Assembly: GCA_043228905.1 (NCBI GenBank)
Contig: JBHGNT010000655.1
Span: 1-18,345 of the forward strand
Direction: 5' to 3'
From: Azolla caroliniana
Taxonomy: Eukaryota; Plantae; Polypodiophyta
DNA: 18,345 nt
The position numbers were made by a program, and so were the translations under genes. Below are positions 1-11,619 of the stretch, in pieces; the first letter of the stretch is position 1; the number at the start of each line of letters is the position of its first letter. The notes beneath the pieces were generated by a model. It worked only from the letters and a program-made list of their open reading frames with translations. It did no database searches and was not told where the DNA came from.

Positions 1-513
1 AATTAAGTTCAAGAAAATGAGACTACTTACATAGCCTTTCAAATTGACTACCTAAAGTAAGTAGATACATATAGCTAAAAGTGGTGCCCTTTAGTGTCGG
101 TCAGTATGAGCCGACTCCTGGGGCCTACAACGAAGGGAGGGTGGCAAGTGAGAAGGAAACAACCAACGTGGGGCATGGTAGTTCTACCTCGGGCCACTTC
201 CTCCTTGCGTCACCATAGGTGTGTTCTGCCATTTCTGCCAAAAGCGCAAACGGGCAATGATCGAACATATTCTTAACTTTTGAAATATGGTTGTATGCTC
301 TTTGCAAAGCTAATACCTCTATGGGCCAAGCACATGTTCTAATAGCGTGTTGAGGGTTTTACCTCAAATTGTGTATGGAATAAACGTTTTTGGATTTTCT
401 CTATTTCATTTAATGCACTAAGTGAGATAGTGCAGCCCCACACTTCCACTCCAAAGAGCATGGAGAGAGTGGACACCTTTCTGAGAAGCACTTTAAGAAA
501 CCATTGTTCATTT

Positions 514-539
514 GAGAGAGAGAGAGAGAGAGAGAGAGA
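514..539. repeat. (GA)n microsatellite
   Basis: Perfect GA run. Confidence 0.95.
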
Positions 540-1860
540 TTAGAAGGTCATGTTGTCAACCCCATTCTTACACCTCTTATGCTACTCCAATTGAACACGC
601 ACATACTTCATTTTTGTGCCTTTGTTAACAAGGGATTGACATTCCCACTCACATCTATTAGCGCTTTATAGTTGTTTATCATGTAGAATGTTTTTTTCTT
701 ACAAATTGCTTTAGTACATAAAGAGGATCAATTATTTGATACCTTTTTTGAATATCTTCACTTGCCTCTATATCATTGATATTTGAAGCAATGTTCATCT
801 AATTCACTACTTGGTCTATGAGTATCGTTGTCATAGGGTGTTCTAACTTCACTTCAAACAAAGCAGTGTCACATGAATTTCAAGAGAATATTGTGTTGGC
901 AATCTAAATTGTTGTTATACAATAAAACCTGATTCCTAACGTCAATTTTCTTCCAATATTAGTTGAACTAAAGGAACTCCCTTTCTATCCTTGCTTACCT
1001 CTAAACACCCTAGTCAAGTTAACCTACTTAATAACATCGTGAAGACTTAACAAGTGAATACTTCAACTATGTAAACAAAGTAATTCGCAATAAAAGAATC
1101 TTTGAAGGGGACAATACCATGCTTGGTTTAATATAAGATCACAAAGATAGAAAGTTTTGCTCAAGAATATAAAATGGATGCGTAAGTCCTAAGCAGGAGC
1201 AATTAAGAATTTACAAGATCAAGGGACAAGGAGAGCTTTAGTTTAAACACTTGGAAGTAATGAAGAGCTAAGTAAAAAGCACCAAATTTGACCTATTTAG
1301 TCCCTTTCACTCTATGGAGGCCACAAGGTGCTTGGAATACTCATATTAACATTAATAATGTGAGGATGAGCCATTATTTGGTTGTATCATTTGGGATGCA
1401 TATGGACAGATCATATTGATCCACACTCTCCCCAACTCAATCCAAACCACACGACACTTTTTTGCTTTCATTTTTGGCTATGTAGGCTAATATTTGTTTT
1501 CCCTTGTGTGGTTGCTTTTAATAACTTGCTCATATATTAACTTAGCTACATGTACCACGTGAAGACATTTTGCTTTTGGTGTGGTGGGCCAATATATTGA
1601 GAAGGTCTATGCATATGTATGTGAAAGCATAAAAATGTTCCACTCTTGGTCTCAAGTGCTAGATTTGACTACAAAGGACTGGGTCTATGTGCTCATCTTG
1701 TGATCCCCACATATCGCAACTTTACATGTAGTGTGTGAGAAAAGGTTTTCACTTTTGGTGTGATGAGGTGTGTTTGATATGTGATAGGGTCTATATCGAC
1801 AACGTGCATTTTTGTTTAATATCTAACATGGTCTATATCTACAATGTGCATTTGTGTGTG

Positions 1861-1920
<60 letters not shown>
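1861..1920. repeat. Compound (AT)n(AG)n microsatellite
   Basis: AT run followed directly by an AG run. It explains the YIYI/RERE stretch of ORF 1735..1959. Confidence 0.95.
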
Positions 1921-1925
<5 letters not shown>

Positions 1926-2606
1926 ATTATCGTCTTCAAAGGTCAAATATGACCTATGAGACCAAACATTTCATGTTAAAGTGAGTAGCAACTCTCGATG
2001 TTCAAGAACTTTACCAATGAATGTTGCAATCGAGAGTGCACATTGTGGTTGTGAGAAAAACTCGTGCAAGGATTGCATGGTCAATGGTGTGTGGAAAGCT
2101 TGCTTGAATATGATCAAGGGCAGAGCATTGTATCAAAGTGTGATACTCAGACTCTAAACATGTTTAGGGTAAAGTGTGCATAGTCAACGACTCTCATCAC
2201 TTGTGCCCCAACGCGCCATCTCACATCACTATGCATGTGTGCTAAGTCGCATAGAAACTATGGTTTGAATGCCATACAATAGGATGGGCTCTATCATATA
2301 TTGAGGTGTATAGTTTCCTCGTTCCGTGAAGAATGTGGTTTTGTAATTAGGTGCAACATGTGTAGTATAATGTGTGAAGCGTGAGCCTCCACATTTGTCC
2401 CATGTCATGAGGCGTTGCAAAAAGGCCTCGTCTACAAAACCATTCTTCCATATCTTGCATCCAATCGGAACACAAAATTTGGCTTTTTTATGCATATTTT
2501 TTGTTATGCGATTCTAGGAAGTTGATGTGAGGGACGGACTTTTTGGAACCTTACGCATGTATTCAACAAGCTTTCCCATGGCGACAATCTTGATGGGAAG
2601 TGACCC

Positions 2607-2610
<4 letters not shown>

Positions 2611-2656
<46 letters not shown>
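2611..2656. repeat. (GA)n microsatellite
   Basis: Perfect GA run abutting a tRNA-like element. Confidence 0.95.
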
Positions 2657-2658
<2 letters not shown>

Positions 2659-2711
2659 CCATGATTTCCTTGTGTCCATTGGGCAAGCTTACCAACCAAC
2701 TGAGCTACATC
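2656..2711 (-). mobile_element. tRNA-derived (SINE-head-like) element, truncated in box B
   Basis: Minus strand reads GATGTAGCTCAGTTGGTTGGTAAGCTTGCCCAATGGACACAAGGAAATCATGGGTT and then (CT)n. It has a Pol III box A and is homologous to 13062-13128. Confidence 0.65.
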
Positions 2712-2776
2712 TACGTGGGCAAATTCTGAAGTCGATCGAATAAATGAAGAGGATATGTATGTATATGCAAGGAATT

Positions 2777-2814
2777 ATAGATAGGCGAGAAAATCAGGTT
2801 TCGAACCCAAGACC
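2777..2814 (-). mobile_element. Fragment of a second tRNA-like repeat (box B plus tail)
   Basis: Minus strand has box B GGGTTCGAAACC. The + strand ATAGATAGGCGAGAAAATCAGGTTTCGAACCCAAGA matches ATAGACAGGTGAGAAAGTTAGGTTTTAAACCCAAGA at ~13157-13192. Confidence 0.5.
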
Positions 2815-2999
2815 TATATTGTTTAGTCCATTTCATTTTTTTCTTTGTTTCTTATTTTATGTATTCTATATAGTGACCGGTTGTTATATTTCTGGTTTTG
2901 GTTATTGTTTTAAAGCCTTAAATTTTTTTAATATTAGGAATTTTTAATTTCTGAAACACATGTATGTTAAAGAGTCGATATCCACAGTGAAGTCATGGC

Positions 3000-4390
3000 T
3001 AGTAATAGAGATCAGGATACCGATCAATTAGTGCATCCCAATTTGTTCAATTATATTTCATTTATACATGACTGACTCCCTTCCCTATGGACTGTTCTCT
3101 TTCTTCTTCTTCTTTTGTAAATGTAGTGTGTATTAGAATTTAGAATAATGTGGCAAGAACCTATGCTATCCCTCCTATGATAGTGAGGGGATCTAGTTAC
3201 GGTAATTGTAGTCACATATAAAGGTAACTTTTCCATGTACAAATCTTAGTTGCGAAAAACTAGGGAAATCCAGGTTTCCCATGTGGCCTCAGATAAGATC
3301 TTGATGCAAATGGGAACATCTTGGACATGGACCAGGATATTCCGGAGGAGCCCATCTTCAAATGTGAACTGGTCTGAGTCGTAATTTCCTGAGACTTTGG
3401 TCAAATCAAATATGAATTTTATCTCTTTGGCCGGCGATTGGAGCCTGTTGCCGTGAGGGTATCTTGATTTGGAGTGTGTATCTGGCGACTAGGTTGATAT
3501 TGTCTGGCTTCAAAAGGGTCTTAGCTTCTTGGTTGTAGCCCCACAACCCAACTAAAGTTGAACTCTGCCCCGAGAAAGAATATTCACTTTTACCTTGCTA
3601 GGACCCTGCTCGTAACAATATTTCAAAGTTGGAATCTGCTAGGAAGGTTGATAAGAGATCTTGACAATGCATCAGGGAACAGGGGGTGGTGAGATGCAAA
3701 ATGTTTTTACGGTCACCACCTCCACCAAGTAAGAATGCCATTCCTCAAAGATGGAAATGATATTAGGCAACTTCTTATCATATATATTGAATGGTTGGCC
3801 TGTATAAGGGTAAATTTCTCTGAGTAGAACTTAACAGGGTTCCAGTTACCACTGTCGTCTGCTAAGGAATTCTCTTTTTATGGTGATCCTCTTAAGTGGA
3901 GAACGAGATGGTGACTGTGGTTCTATTGAGTCTGTGAGAAGTTCATTGTGTTGCTAGGCACCTCATGAAGAACTTTCCATGAATTCCTGAAATATGTGAA
4001 TGTGGTAAACAGCTGCCCGTACTATGTGTGCAACACGGTCTTCCTCTCATCTCCAGGCTTGATGTGGGGTTCATTGTAGACACCACGAAAATTGATGTTG
4101 TTGGAAAAAATCATCACCAATCAAAGAAGATTGAGAAACGTGTGTGTGGATCAAGTGTTGTGGGTATTGGTTTCAGATGATTGTTCAATTGAGTCCCTGA
4201 TCATTGACACTTGGTGATAGGGATCTGTTCTTCTCAACAAATAGGATAGGTGTCAACGCAATGGGAAACTTGGAATGGCAAATGAAGCGATTCCCAAGAT
4301 CTCATCAATGTAAAACCAGAGGGCTTGGACCTCGAGCTCAAAGAGTTTGTAGATCAGTTCCTATAAGGAGATGCTTCTTCTTTGAGTTTG
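3000..4390 (-). mobile_element. Degenerate Ty3/gypsy pol remnant (RT, RNase H, probable integrase traces), unit A
   Basis: Minus-strand translation gives RT-like NFRGVYNEPHIKPGDERKTVLHT*YGQ and RNase H-like NPVKFYSEKFTLIQANHSIYDKKLPNIISIFEEWHSYL. There are many stops and deletions. It is collinear with 16600-17800. Confidence 0.9.
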
Positions 4391-4484
4391 ATGGGACAAT
4401 TGATTTTTTGCTAGTTGTATTTTAAATTTTAACCATTGCCATAATGATGTTAGTTACTTATACTGTGTTCTATTATTTGATTAG

Positions 4485-4598
4485 GTAACATTTGTGGGAG
4501 GAGCTTCCCACCCAAACATTGGTAGAAATGTTGATAGAAATGGACGGCTAAACTTGGGTATTTTGAGGTAATGGCATCCGGAGACAACCATGTCAGTT
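4485..4598 (+). pseudogene. E2/UBC-like pseudo-exon (HPN exon), unit A
   Basis: ttag|GTA...GTT|gtacgt, phase 0/0. Translates VTFVGGASHPNIGRNVDRNGRLNLGILR*WHPETTMSV, which aligns to the UBC8-type [35 protein letters not shown]. It has a 12-nt tandem duplication, TAA at 4569-4571 and Asn at the catalytic Cys position. Confidence 0.85.
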
Positions 4599-4873
4599 GT
4601 ACGTTCTCTTTTTGTCACTTATATGCCCAAGGCCATATTGTTTTTTCCATATAGGTGGTATTTATAATATTGTTTTACTGTGTAGTACAGCATATCTTGA
4701 CATACACCTAGGGTTTCACGGTGATATAAAAGACAATAGCTATCCAAACTCTTATCTGCCACATACAAAATATGCTTCAACACATAAAACGTAGCATAAT
4801 GTTTTTCAAACATAGAACTATATCTGAATCATCAACCTTTTAATTCTTTTTCCTTGTGAAAAATGGTGGCTAG

Positions 4874-4991
4874 GTGTTGATTGCGATATGCTCTCTAGTT
4901 GGTGTCTGAACCTCAATTAGCCAAACCATGCGGGTTGAAGGAAGTGCATGAGTTAACAGTAAGGTTTTTACTTCTTGCTGAGCATAAATAA
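4874..4991 (+). pseudogene. E2/UBC-like last coding pseudo-exon, unit A
   Basis: After ctag| it reads VLIAICSL, like VLLSICSL at the start of the last exon of UBC8-type E2 genes. In-frame TGA at 4907-4909. The shifted frame continues SEPQLAKP... (cf. TDPNPDDP) to TAA at 4989-4991. Confidence 0.75.
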
Positions 4992-5575
4992 CCACGCTAA
5001 TCAATTTATCTCTAGACTTGTATATATTTTTCTGTATATATAAGTTTGATTATCCTTAACTAATCCTTAATTGACGTTGGTTCTCTAGTAGGGTGATGTT
5101 CTCAATAACTATGGCATGATGAGAGGAACTCATTTGATCATATCATACGGCATGATCAGTTCCAATTTTTTATTTGCCTTTACAATAATGTTAGCAAGAT
5201 TTGGAGGCTTCTTAGTATTTTTTTGTTTAAGGACTTTGAATATGATATGCATTAATATAATAATGGTGGATCCCAGTTGAAACCAACAATAAATCATGAT
5301 TAATGAACAAATTTAAGTGCAAAAAACACTTGCAATTGAAACAACACAGTCAACAATGAACGTATGATAGAAGCCCCATCATCTATAGTCAAAACCATAA
5401 AGAGAGAACTAATTTCAGTTCAAAAAACACCTTTGAAACTAAACTATCAACTTTCAAGAATAAACAAATATGCTATTGTGGATAGTGATCAATCAATGAT
5501 GAGGTAGATCTAATGAGGAAAATTTTAAGGAATGAGACTTCAAAAATTAGGTGGTGAAAACAATTTGGCAATGTA
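4950..5575 (+). repeat. 3' region of unit A, paralogous to 9630-10645
   Basis: Shared collinear blocks: GAGTTAA..TAAGGTTTT, GGTTCTCTAGTAGG, TAACTATGGC, CTTCTTAGTAT, AGTTGAAACC, ATGAACAAATTTAAGTGCAA, CAATGAYGAGG, TTGGCAATG. Confidence 0.8.
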
Positions 5576-6485
5576 GGTGTCCTTGAAACATTGTGATATT
5601 GGTTAGAGCACGAGTGTATGTAGTGAAGTAAACACATTGTTTGCTAGAGCATGTAAATGAGTGGTAGATACATTATCTTTACCATACAAACATCAATGAT
5701 GTGTTGTAAATATGTGCACTTGTTAGAGCATGGAAATGATAGGAAAGTAAGCAATCTTTCTAGAAGAAGGGTTTAATGTGAAGACATGCACTTTATCTAG
5801 AGCACATGGCATGTTGGGTGTGTTTTCGCTATAGAGAATAAGTTTTTTTATTATAGAAAACATATCCTTCCATTAGTTTTAAAAAGCATATCAGCTATAA
5901 AACACAAAATGATGGAAAGTCGGTGATTATCCTTCCCCAACCTGTTTTGTGTAAGACAATGGATAGCCATGAATCCTTTGTTTGATAGACTTGATTGAGC
6001 ACTTCCTCAATAGTTGAAACATACCATGAATTTGCATATGCTCAAAGCAAATCAATCTTCCTCATCATGTTCATATTCAACATATCCAGATACCACCTTT
6101 GGGTCATCTAATCCTTGACAACTTTACATGCATCCAATATATCACCACATTTACAATGACGAAGCATCCTCTATTTTCCATATTCAACGTAAACTTAAGC
6201 AAAGCATTACGGTATAGAGGTCAGCATATGATGTTGTGATTCATAACAAGCACACATATCTAATGAGAGCATTGTTCCACAATAATGTGGTGGATCTATG
6301 TGTGGTTTAGTGTAAAATTTAGGGCTTTGGACTAAGAGATGCATGAAAGAGGGGATTATAATAGAATTAATTAACAATCACGGAAATTAATAAATAAGTT
6401 TAGGTTTAATTTTAGAAATTTAAAAATGACTTCGTCAACACCATAGTATAGCATGATAGTTGTAGATTAGATTCTTGGGAAAAGG

Positions 6486-6550
6486 GGATATAACCATTCA
6501 AATGATTTTAAAGCAAATGGATATAACCCTAGAAATGACTTTAAAGCAAA
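6486..6550. repeat. Two-copy 33-bp tandem repeat
   Basis: GGATATAACC-N4-AAATGAYTTTAAAGCAAA at 6486 and 6519. Confidence 0.8.
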
Positions 6551-8109
6551 GCGTGACTTTCAACAAGGGAAAAACACATCTCCCCACCTCTAAATAAGTT
6601 GTATTGTTTAGGTTGTCACAAGCTAAGAAGTGTGAATAGATTTTGTGCAAAGAAGAATGGAGCGAGACACAAAGAGCGCAAACCGTGAGATAACCCTTCA
6701 TAATCCACTGTTATTAGTGGCACGTTGCTCCTACAAGTTATGCACTCATTAATCTTCTTTGGTTTCTCTAAATTTATGTTGTTCTCCCTTCCTCTTCTTA
6801 TAAGTGTGTTGCATCAAGTACTAATTATAGTGTTCCGCTATGTAACCTACAATTGTGTGTCGCATGAACTCCAATCCAATGTGTGTCCTTGTTGACATCT
6901 GTGTAGGTCTTGTCTCGATAATTGTCAATTGGTGATCGTCAATGTGTTAGGGGTTGTTAAGAATTAGGTAATTAAGCAAGGGTTAATTAGTACCTAATTA
7001 TATGATTAAGTTAAGTGGAAGATTAAGTGATATGTGTGTGTATGTGTGTGAGAGGAAGAGAGAGAGGAAGTTAACACTATTATACCTCATCATCAAAATA
7101 CAAAAATACCCACAATGAGGTATAATATATATATATATATACATCTCATGTGCAAAGGTGCACATGTGTGAGTAGAATATAGGTACAATCGTGTAAGTCC
7201 TATATTAAAAGAACATGGGAGTGGAGGATCTACAATGTATCCCACTCAAGTACAAAATCTTATTTAAGGCTTTAAGGTCAACACACTAACTAGATTCTAT
7301 CTAGGTAAATACTAAGTTACGCGTGTTGACTAAACGACTAAACTAAGTTGAGCTTGATATCTCAACAGGGGCATTTCACTCTCCTCCACATGAGAATTCA
7401 TTTCCCCAGATTGGTAATCAAGCTTGAAAGATTACGACCAATTCTGCTAGCCAACACGGCAAACCCTTGGCAACCACATCATTGTACAACCATGACAACT
7501 AACCCTTGGCAAACCACAACGTATCGGTCCCTCAAATCAGAGTAATAGAAATGAGCGATAATTTCTTAAAGTTCGTGATTCCAACACTAACCTTCCATTT
7601 GACTTTGATACCACTTCTTTAGTAGGTCATAAAACATTCCCCCATGCCCCCTAGAGACAGACCTCCCTTTGTTACTACCTGTCAACTTTGTGTGCTCACC
7701 CATGACTAATTCTATTAGTGTCCTTATACCCTTGCCTCTGTTTTGTCTAGAAGAGGCACATGCTCAACATGCATAGTCTTTGATATAGAACTTCCAATGG
7801 TTCGAGAATCTCATTCCCTCCAATTTGTTGTATACCTTAACACCAACCACTTAGAATTGATTTGACAGTTTAAATTCATTGTACAATCTCCTTACTACTT
7901 GGACACACATATCTTTGAATATAATTGATTAGATCAAGAAGGACCCAACCAATATACATTTGATTGACCTAGTGTAACAACATAATGATGATCATCACAA
8001 TACTCCCACTACATGCATGTTAACCCTCAAAATTATGTGGTTATTTGCATGTAGCTTGAACCTAGCATTGGATTCATGCATTTGAGAAGCTCACATGATA
8101 TTAAATAAA

Positions 8110-8410
8110 TACAACCCTAGAATAGAGAAGTTTGGTTTTGTGGAAATTTGAGATTATAATAGTTGGTCGACCATACTACGGTAAGATAGTGAAATGGAAA
8201 GAAAACTATATATTGCTAATTACTTTTAAATTACAATAAGAGATGAAGTGACGATGGAGAATGGAAATTTTGGGTACCATTATATGGATGGAAGCGAGCA
8301 TGTGGTTATGGATGAATCATTATAATCTACTCTCTCCTCAACATATGGATGGGAGTAAGGGTGTACCATGTAGTCATGTATGGATCATAATAATCCACTT
8401 TTCTCGACTT
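8110..8410 (+). repeat. Upstream block of unit B, paralogous to ~13820-14055 (unit C) and partly ~1385-1430 (unit A)
   Basis: Collinear matches AACCCTA, TATATT..ACAATAAGASATGAA and an identical 24-mer ATGGATCATAATAATCCACTTTTC (8380-8403 = 14027-14050). Confidence 0.8.
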
Positions 8411-8749
8411 CGTGCTCATGAAAATATGTCACTTTTGGGCTCATGGGCTACTCGTATATTTTCTTATGAGGTTTTGCACATACTCATCTCTACAACATGA
8501 GCATGCTTTTCTTTTCTCATGTCTCGTGGGTCATATATCAGACCAACAACTATATATATATGTTTTTAACACTCCTCATAAGCAATCCACTTGCGACTCT
8601 TTAAGTCTACACATAACATACTATAAGAAAATCGATTTTCACTTTGAGTCTTGTGGGCCACATAATAGAGCAAGGTATACATGCTCATCATAGTAATCTT
8701 GTCACATCACAATTCAACTTTTACACCTATTACGCAATGGTGGTCCACT

Positions 8750-8892
8750 TTTGGCATTATCGGGGGTGGGCTAGGACTCTCTCTATATATATGTATATAG
8801 ATACATATATTTGACAAGATCTACGAATATTGAACGTGAAATCAAGCTCAATCATGAAGAGAAGTCGCAGCCCACCCCCGACAATGGCCAAA
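8750..8892. repeat. ~35-bp-arm inverted repeat (MITE-like or hairpin)
   Basis: TTTGGCATTATCGGGGGTGGGCTAGGACTCTCT pairs with AGAGAAGTCGCAGCCCACCCCCGACAATGGCCAAA. The perfect core is 8760-8772 with 8869-8881. Confidence 0.85.
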
Positions 8893-8960
8893 GATCTACG
8901 AATATGAACGTGAACTCGAGTGCGTATTACCAATGTGTACATACATACTAGGAGGGATTT

Positions 8961-9021
8961 GACCTAGTCTTTGTCCATTCATGAGTCATGACCTAGTCTT
9001 TGGTCCATTCATGAGTCATGA
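8961..9021. repeat. Two-copy 29-bp tandem repeat containing TGAGTCA
   Basis: GACCTAGTCTTTG(G)TCCATTCATGAGTCAT occurs twice. Confidence 0.9.
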
Positions 9022-9118
9022 TTGACCCAGAAGACCCTTGACTCCTTCCTCCATTCACTCTTTCTGGTCTCCATGGGACCATGGATCTAAAAGCTTGGGA
9101 GGGAACAGAGCATTCATT

Positions 9119-9616
9119 ACTCTCTCTCTCTCTCTCTCTCTGTGCGCCAGGTCAGGGATACAGACACAGAGATAAATCCCTCCCGCTAAGACAGAAGCTT
9201 CATATAACAGAGACAAGATGCGCCTCGATAATTCCAGTATCTTTGCGATCGTTGTGGTCTATGCTGTTATTCTGAGCTATATATTGCCGACAGTCCTCGC
9301 CATTCTCTTGTGGTCTTTGGTTGTCTCTGCTGGTTGTGTATCTCTGATCTCTCAAACAATGGGCAGGGATATCGGAAGGATGAACTGGTGGTAGGACTCT
9401 AGGGAGGAGAATTATATACATATGTATGTATATGTGCCAGGTATGGTGTCGCTTCATCCTGTTGAGAAAAGCAGTAATTCTAGGGTTCCTTTCTGTTACT
9501 GTGCTTCTCTGTGATCCTTTCTGTTTCTAGGGTTTTCTTTCTTTCTTTTTTTCTGGTTAACAAAACCCTAGAGTAGATAGATATTCATTCTCTCTGGCTC
9601 TTGTTTTTTGTAACAG
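9119..9616 (+). other. Putative transcript 5' end of unit B: (CT)n, first exon to 9440, intron 9441-9616
   Basis: (CT)n at 9119-9140, a GC-richer segment, donor CAG|GTATGG at 9440/9441, a T-rich 176-nt intron with telo-boxes (9528-9535, 9563-9570) and acceptor TTGTTTTTTGTAACAG| at 9616. Confidence 0.55.
9218..9394 (+). CDS. Candidate 58-aa hydrophobic small ORF
   Basis: MRLDNSSIFAIVVVYAVILSYILPTVLAILLWSLVVSAGCVSLISQTMGRDIGRMNWW*. It starts at the first ATG after the (CT)n. No known homolog recognised. Confidence 0.25.
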   Translation: MRLDNSSIFAIVVVYAVILSYILPTVLAILLWSLVVSAGCVSLISQTMGRDIGRMNWW

Positions 9617-9949
9617 AGAGACAGCGGCAGGAGTTAATAACAAACAATAAGGTTTTCTTTTTGTACTTGAGTCAAAACAAATTCAAGACTCTTCTATACA
9701 TATATCATATATGTACATATGTATAAATTGGAATATTGTCCTTCCTATTTAAGTTAAAATCATTTTTTTGGGGGGGCCGGTTCTCTAGTAGGATGGATGG
9801 GGTTCTTGTAACTATGGCTAGATTAAGTGTGGACTCATTGGTTTCTAGTCTAGTCTCATTGCCATCTATTAGTAATGAGTCATGACCAAAGAGATCTTAT
9901 TTGATCCGACATACGCTCCACTATCCAGTTGACTCTACAAACCATGTTG

Positions 9950-10097
9950 GTATCTTGTTTTTCTAGGGTTTTTAGTATGATTCATGATTCGAGTACTTCT
10001 TAGTATCTTGTTTTTTCTAGGGTTTTTAATATGATGCATTATTCGAGATCTTCTTAGTATCTTGTTTTTTCTAGGGTTTTTAGTATGATGCATTATT
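9950..10097. repeat. Three-copy 53/54-bp tandem repeat, each copy carrying TAGGGTTT
   Basis: Units starting GTATCTTGTTTTT(T)CTAGGGTTTTTARTATGAT at 9950, 10003 and 10057. Confidence 0.95.
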
Positions 10098-10189
10098 ATA
10101 ATAGAGGCGGTTGGCATCCAAGTTGAAACCCCCCAAATCTTGAGGTATGAACATATTTTTAAAGTCTTATAAATGCTATTAGTAGATGC

Positions 10190-10276
10190 AAAACCAAACC
10201 ATCAAGAACAAACAAATTTAGATGCAAAGTTTGATAAAAGCCAAAACCATCAAGAATGAACAAATTTAAGTGCAAG
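10190..10276. repeat. Two-copy ~48-bp imperfect tandem repeat
   Basis: AAACCATCAAGAAYRAACAAATTTARRTGCAA occurs twice. Confidence 0.8.
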
Positions 10277-11619
10277 CAATTTCAATAAAAATGGGTTTTA
10301 ACAACTCGTTACTACCAATGTAACTTGACAACATTAAATGTTGGCAAATATAATTCATCAAATAATTTAATCAAATGAATAATCAGTTAATGTGCTAGTA
10401 ATAAGGTATGATGTTATAATTGAGTTGGATTGACATGTTTTGATAATAAGGTGCACACCAACAAACAAAGCTTGTTAAAAACGATATCAATTGTCTTGAC
10501 ATTCAAGGATAATGATGAATATTTAAATGAGCAATTAGTTCAAACAATGACGAGGCATGCCTAATGAACAATTTTGAATGGAAGTTTTCAGGGATAAAAT
10601 AACGGTTTATCACTAAAAATTTCTTCAAACATTGGCAATGCAATACAAATGGCATGGGCAAAATTATGAACATGACATGGTTTCATTAATTGTCACAATT
10701 CTATATACTACGGTTTTAATATGTAATTATTGCCATGAATATTTCTTTATTTAAATGCAAGGCCTTGTTTAAATTGGCAAGTATTGGGAAACTCAAAATT
10801 CTTGTTTGCATCATCATTCAATATCAATGAAATTGGGAGAGATAAATTAAAATTAGCTCTAATCTAAAGTGAGAAAGGTTGTCATGGTAGTCAGAAAGGG
10901 TAGATGTTGGCGCTAATAAGATACTTTGATTTCCTTCCCTTTCAAGAATGTCAACCTATTGGTGTGACATGATGGGTATATCCAAATTTGAGTATGGTTA
11001 AATAATGTGATATGTACTTGTGTAGGTGGTTATAGATGTGTATGTGCATGAATGTTTGTGTGTGTATGGTACATATATATATTGTGATTGTATATGTATA
11101 TACATGCAGATGCATGCATAGAAAGGATTGCATGCATATGCATATGAGTATGTGAGTCTACTCATGTTTAATTTTGTACATCTCCATACATGTATGTGTA
11201 GTCGGTGTGTAAAAGAGTGGAGACGAGTAATAAAAAGTGTGTATGTTAATCTGGGTATGTGGACAAATGTATAATGGTCTATAGTAATCGTATGTCAATA
11301 TAGTTTGTCTTATGTAATGGCATATATAAGTAATTAAATGAAAATGTTGAAGGTTGCAGAGTGATGTTTGACACCTCTTGCATTGGGTCGACGCCCACAT
11401 TGTTTGCTTGGCCTTAGGTGATCTCGTGAAGCGTGATGTTCTATGTTGTTTGTTGTTCATTAGTAGTTCATGTAGGAGTAGCTATGGCAACACGTGAAGC
11501 TCTACTTCGTGCTCAGCTTTGTGTCACTTGTTACTACATTAATGGGTAGCAACACGTCAAACATACTTTTCACTTCATGGAAATTTCCACGAAGCCTTTT
11601 TTTCAAAGGGGACCCATGT

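Larger units (their letters stand above)
9630..10645 (+). repeat. 3' region of unit B, paralogous to 4950-5575
   Basis: Same collinear blocks as unit A, with B-specific internal duplications. Confidence 0.8.

Noticed and set aside
94-390. GC-richer segment with short ORFs and AATAAA near 378, possibly a terminal exon
   Set aside because: No recognisable protein motif in any frame and only a weak acceptor.
1082-1115. IRNKRIFEG, resembling a LINE ORF2 C-terminal motif
   Set aside because: Too short, and no supporting CCHC motif was found upstream.
2504-2699. ORFs with SLSLSL or RERERE runs (also 1735..1959 and 15649..15857)
   Set aside because: These are translations of GA/CT microsatellites.
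4565-4573. Alternative donor GAG|GTAATG overlapping the stop in unit A, which might rescue the gene
   Set aside because: Splicing to 4874 gives AGG TGT TGA, an immediate stop.
5114-5160. ATGATGA box C-like motif suggesting a snoRNA (also ~15854)
   Set aside because: No suitably placed CTGA box D with a terminal stem, and the motif is not kept in paralog B.
9935-10117. Repetitive basic ORF; repeats superficially CRISPR-like
   Set aside because: It is the antisense reading of a contiguous tandem repeat with no unique spacers, in eukaryotic context.
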